Positions 8,179-16,771 of a DNA stretch of 23,056 nucleotides are shown here, in pieces. The notes beneath the pieces were generated by a model that was given only the letters and a program-made list of their open reading frames with translations, searched no databases and had not been told where the DNA came from. Both the position numbers and the translations under genes were made by a program. Positions within the stretch are counted from its first letter, which is position 1; each line of letters opens with the position of its first letter. The DNA is from Bacillota bacterium. Lineage in GTDB: Bacteria; Bacillota; JAAYKD01. The DNA is taken from NCBI GenBank assembly GCA_963666425.2, contig CAXXTX010000001.1:1-23056 (forward strand). Reading direction: 5' to 3'.

Positions 8179-11100
8179 ATGATGCCGGTCACAAAACAAA
8201 CCATCGATGGCAATACAGCGGCTGCCCATGTAGCTTACGCCTTTAGTGATGTTGCGGCGCTCTATCCGATTACCCCTTCCACCACTATGGGGGAAGTCTG
8301 CGATGAGTGGGCTGCTGCCGGCCGCAAGAACTTATTCGGCCAAACCCTGAAAATCACCGAAATGCAGTCGGAAGCCGGTGCTGCCGGAGCAGTGCACGGT
8401 GCTTTGAGTGCCGGTGCTCTGACTACCACTTTTACCGCTTCGCAAGGCTTACTCCTGATGATCCCCAATATGTATAAAATTGCCGGTGAATTGCTGCCGA
8501 CAGTCTTCCATGTTTCGGCGCGCGCCATTGCTACCCATGCCTTATCGATCTTTGGTGATCATCAGGATGTGATGGCCACCCGTCAGACCGGCTTTGTCAT
8601 GTTGGCTTCCGCTTCCGTGCAGGAAGTGATGGACCTGGCTTTGGTGGCGCACCTTGCCACATTAAAAGCTCACCTGCCGTTCCTGCATTTCTTTGACGGT
8701 TTTCGCACTTCGCATGAAATACAAAAAATTGAACTGATCGATTATCAGGAAATGGCTAAACTGATCGACTGGGATGAAGTCAAAGCCTTCCGCGCCCGAG
8801 CGCTCAACCCGGAGCACCCGGTGCAGCATGGCACCGCTCAAAATGCCGATATTTATTTCCAAAGCCGCGAAGCGGCAAACTCCTACTATCAGGCGGTTCC
8901 GGCGATTGTAACGGAAATGATGCAGAAAGTCGGCGAACTGACCGGCCGGCATTATCAGCCTTTTGATTATGTCGGTGCTGTGGATGCCAGCGAAATCATC
9001 GTCGCCATGGGGTCTGCCTGCGAAGCCATTGAAGAAACGGTCAACTATTTGACTGCGCAGGGACAGAAAATCGGTTTGATCAAAGTCCGCTTATACCGCC
9101 CCTTCTCCAGCCAGGATTTCCTGCGCGTGCTGCCAAAAACCGTACAAAAAATAGCCGTTCTGGACCGCACGAAAGAACCCGGCTCGCTGGGAGAACCGCT
9201 TTACCTCGATGTCTGCGCCGTCTTTGCCAATCGACCGGAGCATCCTCTGATCATCGGAGGGCGTTACGGTTTGGGATCCAAAGATTTTACGCCGTCCATG
9301 ATACATGCGGTATATCAAAATCTGCACCGTGCGCAGCCAAAGACCGGCTTTACGGTGGGGATTCAGGATGATCTGACCCACACCAGCCTGCCGCTCTCAG
9401 AGAAAATCGACACCGCTCCAGCCGGCGCCTACAGCTGCCTGTTTTACGGGCTTGGTTCCGACGGCACAGTGGGAGCCAACAAGAATTCCATCAAAATTAT
9501 CGGTGATCATACCGATCTCTATGCGCAAGGTTACTTTGTTTACGATTCCAAGAAATCGGGCGGCATTACCGTCTCTCATCTGCGTTTTGGCAAAACACCG
9601 ATCCAATCGCCCTATCTAATTGGAGCAGCCGACCTGATTGCCTGCCATAACCCTTCCTTTGTGGATAAATATGATATGGCTGCCGATCTCAAAACAGGCG
9701 GCATCTTTTTGCTCAACTCGCCCTGGACAGCCGCAGAAATGGCAGAGAAACTACCCGCTCACCTGAAACGGACACTGGCTGAAAAACAAGCTCGCTTCTA
9801 TACGGTCGATGCCTTAAAAATCGCCCGCGAAGTTGGCATGGGCAATCGCATCAACGTCGTGATGCAATCCTGCTTCTTCCACATCGCAAACGTCATCCCG
9901 GCAGTGCAAGCCATTGATTACATCAAGCAGGCTGTGGTCAAGACCTATGGTAATAAAGGTGAAAAAGTGGTGGCGATGAACTTTGCCGCCATCGACCATT
10001 CCATTGCGGGATTGCAGGAAATTCCCGTACCGGCTGCCTGGCGCGATCTGCCGGAACCAGCTAAAATCAAAGAGGATCTGCCTCTGTTTATCAGCCAGAT
10101 CGCTCAACCGATGGCTGCCCTGCAAGGGGATCAACTGCCGGTCAGCATTTTCCCGGCGGACGGCAGCTATCCGGTAGGGACAACCGCTTATGAAAAGCGC
10201 GGTATCGCGGTGGATATCCCTGTTTGGCAGGTGGAGAAATGCATTCAATGCAACCAATGCTCTTTTGTCTGCCCACATGCAGCCATCCGCCCCTATTTGG
10301 CAGATGCAGCCGATTTGAGTCAAAAACCTGCCGGCCTGATGAGCAAAGCGGCCATCGGCAAAGAAGCGGCCGACAAACAATTCATCATTCAGGTGTCGCC
10401 TCTGGATTGCACCGGCTGCGGCAACTGCGTAGAGGTTTGCCCCGCCAAAGGCAAAGCGCTGCTGCTGCAAAATCTGGAGACCGTGAAGGAAGCCGAAATT
10501 GCGAAGTACGAATTCGTAGAAAAGCTGCCCAGAACAGAGAATCAATTTAATGCGGCAACCGTCAAAGGCAGTCAGTTCAATCTGCCGCTCTTCCAATTCT
10601 CCGGCGCCTGTGCCGGCTGCGGCGAAACGCCTTATATCAAAGTAGTGACTCAATTATTCGGCGACCGCATGGTGATTGCCAACGCCACCGGCTGCTCTTC
10701 CATTTACGGCGGCAGCGCGCCGTCCAATCCCTATTGCAGCAACCAAAAAGGGCAGGGCCCGGCCTGGGGCAATTCCCTCTTTGAAGATAATGCGGAATAC
10801 GGCTTTGGCATGGCGGTTGCCTATATCCAGCGCCGCGATCAATTAGCAGAATTGGTAACGCGGATCCTGACGACACCGATCATTGGCGATGTAAAAACAG
10901 CCCTGGAAAATTGGCTGCAGCATCGCATGGATGCCAAACTCTCTAGGGCTTACGGCGAGCAATTAAAAGCATTGCTGCCGGAGGCGATGGTCAAAGTCCC
11001 TGCGGCCGAGCAAAAAGCCTTTGCGGAAATTCTGGAGCGCAGCGATTTATTCGTCAAACCGTCCATTTGGATCTTCGGCGGTGATGGCTGGGCTTACGAT

Positions 11101-11706
11101 ATCGGCTATGGCGGTTTGGATCATGTTCTGGCGCAGAATCTCGATGTCAATGTGCTGGTGCTCGATACGGAAGTCTATTCCAACACAGGAGGTCAGGCCT
11201 CCAAAGCAACCCCAACCGGCTCGATGGCCAAATTTGCCGCCACCGGCAAGAAAAACAAGAAAAAAGATCTCGGTATGATGGCAATGTCCTATGGCTACGT
11301 CTATGTCGCTTCCGTCAATATGGGTGCCAACCAAAGCCAATTTGTCAAGGCGCTGGCAGAAGCGGAAAGTTACGACGGTCCCTCTCTGCTGATTTGCTAT
11401 TCCCCCTGCATCAATCATGGCATCAATATGAGCGAATCGCAGTTAGAAGCCAAGAAAGCCACCTTAGCCGGCTATTGGCCGCTTTATCGTTACAATCCGG
11501 AACGGACAGCAGCCAATGAAAACCCCTTCCAAATTGATTATCAGGCAGCGCAAGACGATTTCAAAACATTTTTGATGCGAGAAGTCCGTTATTCGGCGCT
11601 GGCGAAACAATTCCCGCAGGAAGCGGAGCGTCTCTTTGCCAAGGCGGAAACCGAAGCCAACGAGCGTTTTGCCATGCATACCAACATGGCAAAGCAACCG
11701 GATTAA
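8179..11706 (+). CDS. nifJ: Pyruvate:ferredoxin (flavodoxin) oxidoreductase, single-chain type
   Basis: DGNTAAA, YPITPS, EMQSEAGAAGAVHG, GLGSDGTVGANK, two 4Fe-4S motifs (CIQCNQCSFVCP, CTGCGNCVEVCP), GACAGCGE, TPP motif GGDGWAYDIG; AAGGAG SD. Confidence 0.97.
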   Translation: MMPVTKQTIDGNTAAAHVAYAFSDVAALYPITPSTTMGEVCDEWAAAGRKNLFGQTLKITEMQSEAGAAGAVHGALSAGALTTTFTASQGLLLMIPNMYKIAGELLPTVFHVSARAIATHALSIFGDHQDVMATRQTGFVMLASASVQEVMDLALVAHLATLKAHLPFLHFFDGFRTSHEIQKIELIDYQEMAKLIDWDEVKAFRARALNPEHPVQHGTAQNADIYFQSREAANSYYQAVPAIVTEMMQKVGELTGRHYQPFDYVGAVDASEIIVAMGSACEAIEETVNYLTAQGQKIGLIKVRLYRPFSSQDFLRVLPKTVQKIAVLDRTKEPGSLGEPLYLDVCAVFANRPEHPLIIGGRYGLGSKDFTPSMIHAVYQNLHRAQPKTGFTVGIQDDLTHTSLPLSEKIDTAPAGAYSCLFYGLGSDGTVGANKNSIKIIGDHTDLYAQGYFVYDSKKSGGITVSHLRFGKTPIQSPYLIGAADLIACHNPSFVDKYDMAADLKTGGIFLLNSPWTAAEMAEKLPAHLKRTLAEKQARFYTVDALKIAREVGMGNRINVVMQSCFFHIANVIPAVQAIDYIKQAVVKTYGNKGEKVVAMNFAAIDHSIAGLQEIPVPAAWRDLPEPAKIKEDLPLFISQIAQPMAALQGDQLPVSIFPADGSYPVGTTAYEKRGIAVDIPVWQVEKCIQCNQCSFVCPHAAIRPYLADAADLSQKPAGLMSKAAIGKEAADKQFIIQVSPLDCTGCGNCVEVCPAKGKALLLQNLETVKEAEIAKYEFVEKLPRTENQFNAATVKGSQFNLPLFQFSGACAGCGETPYIKVVTQLFGDRMVIANATGCSSIYGGSAPSNPYCSNQKGQGPAWGNSLFEDNAEYGFGMAVAYIQRRDQLAELVTRILTTPIIGDVKTALENWLQHRMDAKLSRAYGEQLKALLPEAMVKVPAAEQKAFAEILERSDLFVKPSIWIFGGDGWAYDIGYGGLDHVLAQNLDVNVLVLDTEVYSNTGGQASKATPTGSMAKFAATGKKNKKKDLGMMAMSYGYVYVASVNMGANQSQFVKALAEAESYDGPSLLICYSPCINHGINMSESQLEAKKATLAGYWPLYRYNPERTAANENPFQIDYQAAQDDFKTFLMREVRYSALAKQFPQEAERLFAKAETEANERFAMHTNMAKQPD

Positions 11707-11744
11707 TGGTTTTGCTGCCGAGGTAATCGCAGTCATCAGCTCTG

Positions 11745-11776
11745 AAAGGTCGGAACAAATCTGTTCCGGCCTTTTT
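11745..11776 (+). terminator. Intrinsic terminator after PFOR
   Basis: AAAGGTCGGAACA-AATC-TGTTCCGGCCTTT stem plus T-run. Confidence 0.85.
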
Positions 11777-11948
11777 GCCGCTTCATCGAATAAGAAACTT
11801 TAATTCGCAAACATTTTAATTTTTTTCTGGCAGATGGGAGGAAATTTCCTTCTCATCCAGAATTGAAAAAGGATCACTTGATTCACAAAGTGAGAAAAAT
11901 CAAGGATGACAGAGAGAAAAAGATCATATTGCGGGGAGGCTTTTTATT

Positions 11949-13133
11949 TTGGCTATTTTGAGCGCAAAAGACCGTACTTTTCATTCCGTTGATGATATCT
12001 GCACCCATCTGGGAGATGACTACGCACAATATCTGGGTTCCATTGTGCCGCCGATCTTTCAGAACTCCTTATTTGTCAAACCAACTCCGTATAACGGTGT
12101 ACCGGATACGGGTTATGCTTATACGCGGGTCAGCAATCCCACCATTGAGATTGCCGAAAAGAAAATCGCTGCTCTGGAAGGCGCGGAAGGTGCGCTCTGT
12201 TTCAGCTCCGGGATGGCGGCCATCTCATCTGCTATCATGCATTTTGTCAGAAAAGACAGCCATGTCGTCTATGTCGCTTCCAGCTACGGTCCTACCCGCA
12301 GCTTTATCACCGGTTACTTGGCGAATCGCATCGGACTGACTTACACTGCAGTCAGAGGCAGTGACGTGGAGGACATTGAACAGGCAATTCAGCCGAACAC
12401 CGCCCTGATTTACCTGGAAAGCCCCTCCAGCAGCGTTTTCCGCATGCAGGATCTGGCTGCTGTCGCCAAAATTGCCAAAGCGCATCAGATCGGAACGGTG
12501 ATCGACAATACTTACGCTACGCCGCTGCATCAGCATCCCTTGCAATACGGCATCGACATCTCCTGCCATACCGCTTCCAAATATATGGGCGGTCACAGTG
12601 ATATTGTCGCCGGCGCTCTGGCTGCTAATGCCGAAATCATTGAAAGCATTCAACATAACGAACGCGAACTCTACGGCTCCAACATGGATCCACATCAGGC
12701 GTGGCTCCTGATCCGCGGTTTGCGGACGCTGCCGGTGCGTTTGGCGCAGCACGGCAAAAGTGGCTTGAAAGTGGCACAATTTCTGGAACAACACCCCAAA
12801 GTGAAACAAGTGTTTTATCCAGGGTCTGCCAGTTACGAACAACAAGACTTATTTAACCAATATCTCAGCGGCACAAACGGCTTGATCAGCATCGTACCCC
12901 ACGGCAGCACCGAACAGATTCAGGAATTCATCTATTCCTGCAAACTGTTCCAATATGGCGTCAGCTGGGGCGGCTTTGAAAGCTTGATTCACGGCAACAC
13001 GGTTGGCTTGAGCGAAGAACAAGCCGCCAAAGTAGATTGCCCGGCGAATCTGGTCCGCATTCATGTCGGTCTGGAGGATGTAGACAGCTTAATTGCTGAT
13101 TTAGATCAGGCACTGGCAAAAATAGAAATGTAG
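11949..13133 (+). CDS. PLP-dependent Cys/Met trans-sulfuration family enzyme (cystathionine beta-lyase/gamma-synthase-like)
   Basis: YTRVSNPT, FSSGMAAI, YLESPSS, DNTYATP, PLP lysine motif HTASKYMGGHSD, RGLRTL, SWGGFESL, RIHVGLED; TTG start after GGGGAGG. Confidence 0.92.
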   Translation: MAILSAKDRTFHSVDDICTHLGDDYAQYLGSIVPPIFQNSLFVKPTPYNGVPDTGYAYTRVSNPTIEIAEKKIAALEGAEGALCFSSGMAAISSAIMHFVRKDSHVVYVASSYGPTRSFITGYLANRIGLTYTAVRGSDVEDIEQAIQPNTALIYLESPSSSVFRMQDLAAVAKIAKAHQIGTVIDNTYATPLHQHPLQYGIDISCHTASKYMGGHSDIVAGALAANAEIIESIQHNERELYGSNMDPHQAWLLIRGLRTLPVRLAQHGKSGLKVAQFLEQHPKVKQVFYPGSASYEQQDLFNQYLSGTNGLISIVPHGSTEQIQEFIYSCKLFQYGVSWGGFESLIHGNTVGLSEEQAAKVDCPANLVRIHVGLEDVDSLIADLDQALAKIEM

Positions 13134-13139
13134 GTAGTT

Positions 13140-14519
13140 ATGAAAAAATTTATCGGTAATAAAGCCTTTTATAAGATGGTCCTGCTGCTGGTTGTTCCCA
13201 TGATCATTCAGCAGGGAATCACCAGTATTGTCAATTTACTGGATAATGTCATGGTGGGTCGGCTCGGCACAGAAGCGATTTCTGCCGTGGCAATCTGCAG
13301 TCAGTTTTTCTTCGTCTTAAATGTTACAATTTTCGGTGGACTTTCCGGCGCCTCTATTTTCTCGGCTCAATTCTTTGGCCGCAAGGATTACGAAGGCGTC
13401 ATGCACACGTTTCGTTATAAAATTCTCTTTGGTATTGCCATTTGTTTTGCGGCGATTTTGGTCTTCAATATTTGGGACACGCAATTGATTCATCTCTTCC
13501 TGAATGAGACAGCGGGGGACGCGGCGGATCTGGCGTTAACCATGACTTTAGCCAGGCAATATCTCAAGATCATGCTTTGGGGTATCGTGCCATTTGTGAT
13601 TTCGCAATGTTTTTCTTCCACCTTACGTGAAAGCGGCAACACCGTCATTGCCATGACCGGCAGCATCCTGGCTGTTTTGACCAACTTGGTCGGCAACTAC
13701 CTGCTCATTTTTGGCAGCTTCGGTTTCCCGCGTTTGGGCGTAGAGGGAGCCGCCATAGCCACCGTAATATCCCGTTTGGTAGAAGCAGGTTTCATTGTTG
13801 GGGCGACCTGGCTGCAGCGAGACAATTTCTACTTTGTGCGTAAAGCCTTCCAAAGCGCCTACATCCCGGCGAAAATCCTCAAAGGCATTGCCATCAAAGG
13901 TTCTCCCTTACTGCTCAACGAATTTGTCTGGTCGATCGCGACTGCCTCACTCACCGCTAACTATGCCTTCCGCGGTATCACAGTGGTAGCCGCGCTGAAT
14001 ATTTCATCCACGATTTCTCAACTATTTGCCATCTTTTTTATGGCGATGGGCAATGCGGTTGGCGTTTTGGTCGGGCAGCAGTTGGGAGCCGGTGATTTCG
14101 CTAAAGCCAAAGATACCGATCATAAATTGATTTTCCTCAATGTCGGCACTTCCGTGGTGCTGGGTTGTCTATTAGCCCTGTTTTCTTCCTATATTCCGCT
14201 GATTTATAATACAGAAGCTGCGGTTCGCCAAATGGCATCCAGCTTCCTGATTGTGTCGGCCATGGCCTTCCCGCTGCACGCCTTTAACCACAGTGTTTAC
14301 TTTACACTGCGCTCCGGCGGCAAAACGATCATCACCTTTTTCTTTGACAGTGTTTTCACCTGTATCGTCAGCGTCCCTTTGGCCTTTTTTCTTTCACGCT
14401 ATACCTTACTGCCGATTGTGACTGTTTACCTGATCGTGAACATGGCCGACGGTATCAAATCGGTCATCGGTTTTATCATGCTGAGAACCGACAGCTGGGT
14501 GAGAAGCATTGTCGCGTAA
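13140..14519 (+). CDS. MATE family efflux transporter
   Basis: DNVMVGRLG, AQFFGRKD, NYLLIFG.FG.PRLGVEGAAIATVISR, GQQLGAG; about 12 hydrophobic segments; 6 nt after the lyase stop. Confidence 0.93.
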   Translation: MKKFIGNKAFYKMVLLLVVPMIIQQGITSIVNLLDNVMVGRLGTEAISAVAICSQFFFVLNVTIFGGLSGASIFSAQFFGRKDYEGVMHTFRYKILFGIAICFAAILVFNIWDTQLIHLFLNETAGDAADLALTMTLARQYLKIMLWGIVPFVISQCFSSTLRESGNTVIAMTGSILAVLTNLVGNYLLIFGSFGFPRLGVEGAAIATVISRLVEAGFIVGATWLQRDNFYFVRKAFQSAYIPAKILKGIAIKGSPLLLNEFVWSIATASLTANYAFRGITVVAALNISSTISQLFAIFFMAMGNAVGVLVGQQLGAGDFAKAKDTDHKLIFLNVGTSVVLGCLLALFSSYIPLIYNTEAAVRQMASSFLIVSAMAFPLHAFNHSVYFTLRSGGKTIITFFFDSVFTCIVSVPLAFFLSRYTLLPIVTVYLIVNMADGIKSVIGFIMLRTDSWVRSIVA

Positions 14520-14526
14520 GGGATAA

Positions 14527-16500
14527 GGTGTAGCTTTATCGTTTTGCGGTGTTACTTCAACCTACACGCAAGGTAGGGAACGGTCTTGACCGTTCCGCGT
14601 GCCCAGTCCTGGCGTAGCTTCATTGTTTTGTGGTGTTACTTCAACCAACTCGCAAGGTAGGGAACGGTCTTGACCGTTCCGCGTGCCCCGTTTTGGCGTA
14701 GCTTCATTACATTGCGATGTTATTTCAACCTACACGCAACATTGCGGTGTGACTTCAACCAACTCGCAAGGTAGGGAACGGTCTTGACCGTTCCGCGAGC
14801 CCCGTCCTGGTGTAGCTTCATTACATTGCGGTGTTAATTCAACCTACACGCAACATTGCGGTGTTACTTCAACCAACTCGCAAGGTAGGGAACGGTCTTG
14901 ACCGTTCCGCGTGCCCCGTCCTGGCGTAGCTTCATTACATTGCGGTGTTACTTTAACCAACTCGCAAGGTAGGGAACGGTCTTGACCGTTCCGCGTGCCT
15001 CGTCCTGGCGTAACTTCATTGTTCTGCGCTATGCAATCATTATTCCATCGCATGGCGCTGAAAATGTGATGGATGCCCCGGCGTAGCTTCATTACATTGC
15101 GGTGTTACTTCAACCAACTCGCAAGGTAGGGAACGGTCTTGACCGTTCCGCGTACCCCGTTTTGGCGTAGCTTCATTGTTCTGCGTTATGCAATCATTAT
15201 TTCATTGCTCCAACCTGCAATTGCGTTATGCAATCATTATTCCATCGCTTGGTGCTGAAAATGTGATGGATGTCCTGGTGTAGCTTCATTACATTGCGGT
15301 GTTACTTCAACCAACTCGCAAGGTAGGGAACGGTCTTGACCGTTCCGCGTGCTCCGTCCTGGCGTAACTCTATCGTTCTGCGGTGTTAACTGAACTGTGC
15401 GGAACGGTCAAGACCGTTCCCTACATTTGCTCCAACCTGCAATTGCGCTATGCAATCATTATTTCGTTGCTTGGTGCTGAAAATGTGACGGATGTTCTGG
15501 CGTCATTCCATCGTTATGCGCTATGCAATCATTATTCCATCGCTCCAACCTGCAATTGCGCTATGCAATCATTATTTCATCGCTTGATACTGAAAATGTG
15601 ATGGATGTCCTGACGTAACTTCATTATATTGCGGTGTTACATCAACCAACTCGCAAGGTAGGGAACGGTCTTGACCGTTCCGCGTACCCCGTCCTGGCGT
15701 AACTCTATCGTTTTGCAGTGTTAATTGAACTGTGCGGAACGGTCAAGACCGTTCCCTACATTTGCTCCAACCTGCAATTGCGTTATGCAATCATTATTTC
15801 ATTGCTCCAACCTGCAATTGCGTTATGCAATCATTATTCCATCGCTTGGTGCTGAAAATGTGATGGATGTCCAAGCGTAGCTTCATTGTTCAGCGGTGTT
15901 ACTTCAACCAACTCGCAAGGTAGGGAATGGTCTTGACCGTTCCGCGTGCCCCGTCCCGGCGTAGCTTCATTGTTTTGCGCTATGCAATCATTATTCCATC
16001 GCATGGCGCTGAAAATGTGATGGATGCCCCGGCGTAACTCTATCGTTTTGCGGTGTTAACTGGACTGTGCGGAACGGTCAAGACCGTACCCTACATTTGC
16101 TCCAACCTATTTCGTGCTATGCAATCATTATTTCATTGCTCCAACCTGCAATTGCGTTATGCAATCATTATTCCATCGCTTGGTGCTGAAAATGTGGTGG
16201 ATGTTATGGCGTAGCTTCATTACATTGCGGTGTTACTTCAACCAACTCGCAAGGTAGGGAACGGTCTTGACCGTTCCGCGTACCCCGTCCCGGCGTAGCT
16301 TCATTGTTCTGCGTTATGCAATCATTATTCCATCGCTCCAACCTGCAATTGCGCTATGCAATCATTATTTCATCGCTTGATACTGAAAATGTGATGGATG
16401 TCCTGACGTAACTTCATTATATTGCGGTGTTACATCAACCAACTCGCAAGGTAGGGAACGGTCTTGACCGTTCCGCGTACCCTTCCGCGTACCCCGTCTC
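14527..16500. repeat. Mosaic REP/BIME/REPIN-like repeat array: 14 GTAG-palindrome copies within 29 modules
   Basis: GTAG-GGAACGGTC-TT-GACCGTTCC-GC forward at 14573, 14657, 14771, 14885, 14969, 15126, 15323, 15658, 15920, 16254, 16451; reverse complement at 15399, 15734, 16069; intervening DNA consists of recurring modules. Confidence 0.92.
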
Positions 16501-16595
16501 CGCCACTCCGCCGCCCCATTGCTGCGCCCCAAAAACGGCAATTGAAAGAATCTTGCAAATTCGGGTAGAACACTCAAAATATCAAATAATAGAAC

Positions 16596-16625
16596 TTGAC
16601 AAAGTCTCTTGCGTCAAGGTATTAT
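16596..16625 (+). promoter_or_regulatory. SigA-type promoter within an imperfect dyad
   Basis: TTGACA(16596-16601)-N18-TATTAT(16620-16625); inverted repeat CTTGAC/GTCAAG at 16595-16618. Confidence 0.5.
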
Positions 16626-16729
16626 ATCTTGTCTCTTATTTTTATCACGACATCATAATTCTTTTTCTCACAGCAAAGGCGGTCAGTTTTTGAGTGCATG
16701 GAGCGATCCTAACAACTCAGCCAATTCAG

Positions 16730-16771
16730 GATGGACGGGAGGGGTGCTGCTTCTTCAGTCCATCTTTTTTT
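16730..16771 (+). terminator. Intrinsic terminator upstream of the ATPase operon
   Basis: GATGGAC(16730-16736)/GTCCATC(16758-16764) stem extended by G-U-rich pairs, followed by T7. Confidence 0.7.

Noticed and set aside
9814-10653. Long antisense ORFs (279 aa here; also 4301-4966, 12225-12845, 21087-21605, 21580-22344)
   Set aside because: Shadows of strongly codon-biased genes on the other strand; no motifs or SD
11777-11948. SAM-I riboswitch or T-box upstream of the Cys/Met enzyme
   Set aside because: Conserved core motifs and a leader terminator are not visible
14527-16500. CRISPR array
   Set aside because: The sequences between palindromes are themselves repeats, not unique spacers; spacing is irregular (84-335 bp); three copies are inverted; no cas genes in the window
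14527-16500. Integron attC cassette array or IS/MITE with terminal inverted repeats and TSD
   Set aside because: No cassette ORFs, integrase or transposase; I found no terminal inverted repeats or target duplication at the array ends
14844-16693. Short ORFs in or overlapping the array (14844-15092, 15383-15601, 16365-16577, 16427-16693)
   Set aside because: Translations of repeat modules; c, d and e lengths (73, 40, 65) are not multiples of 3; no convincing SD
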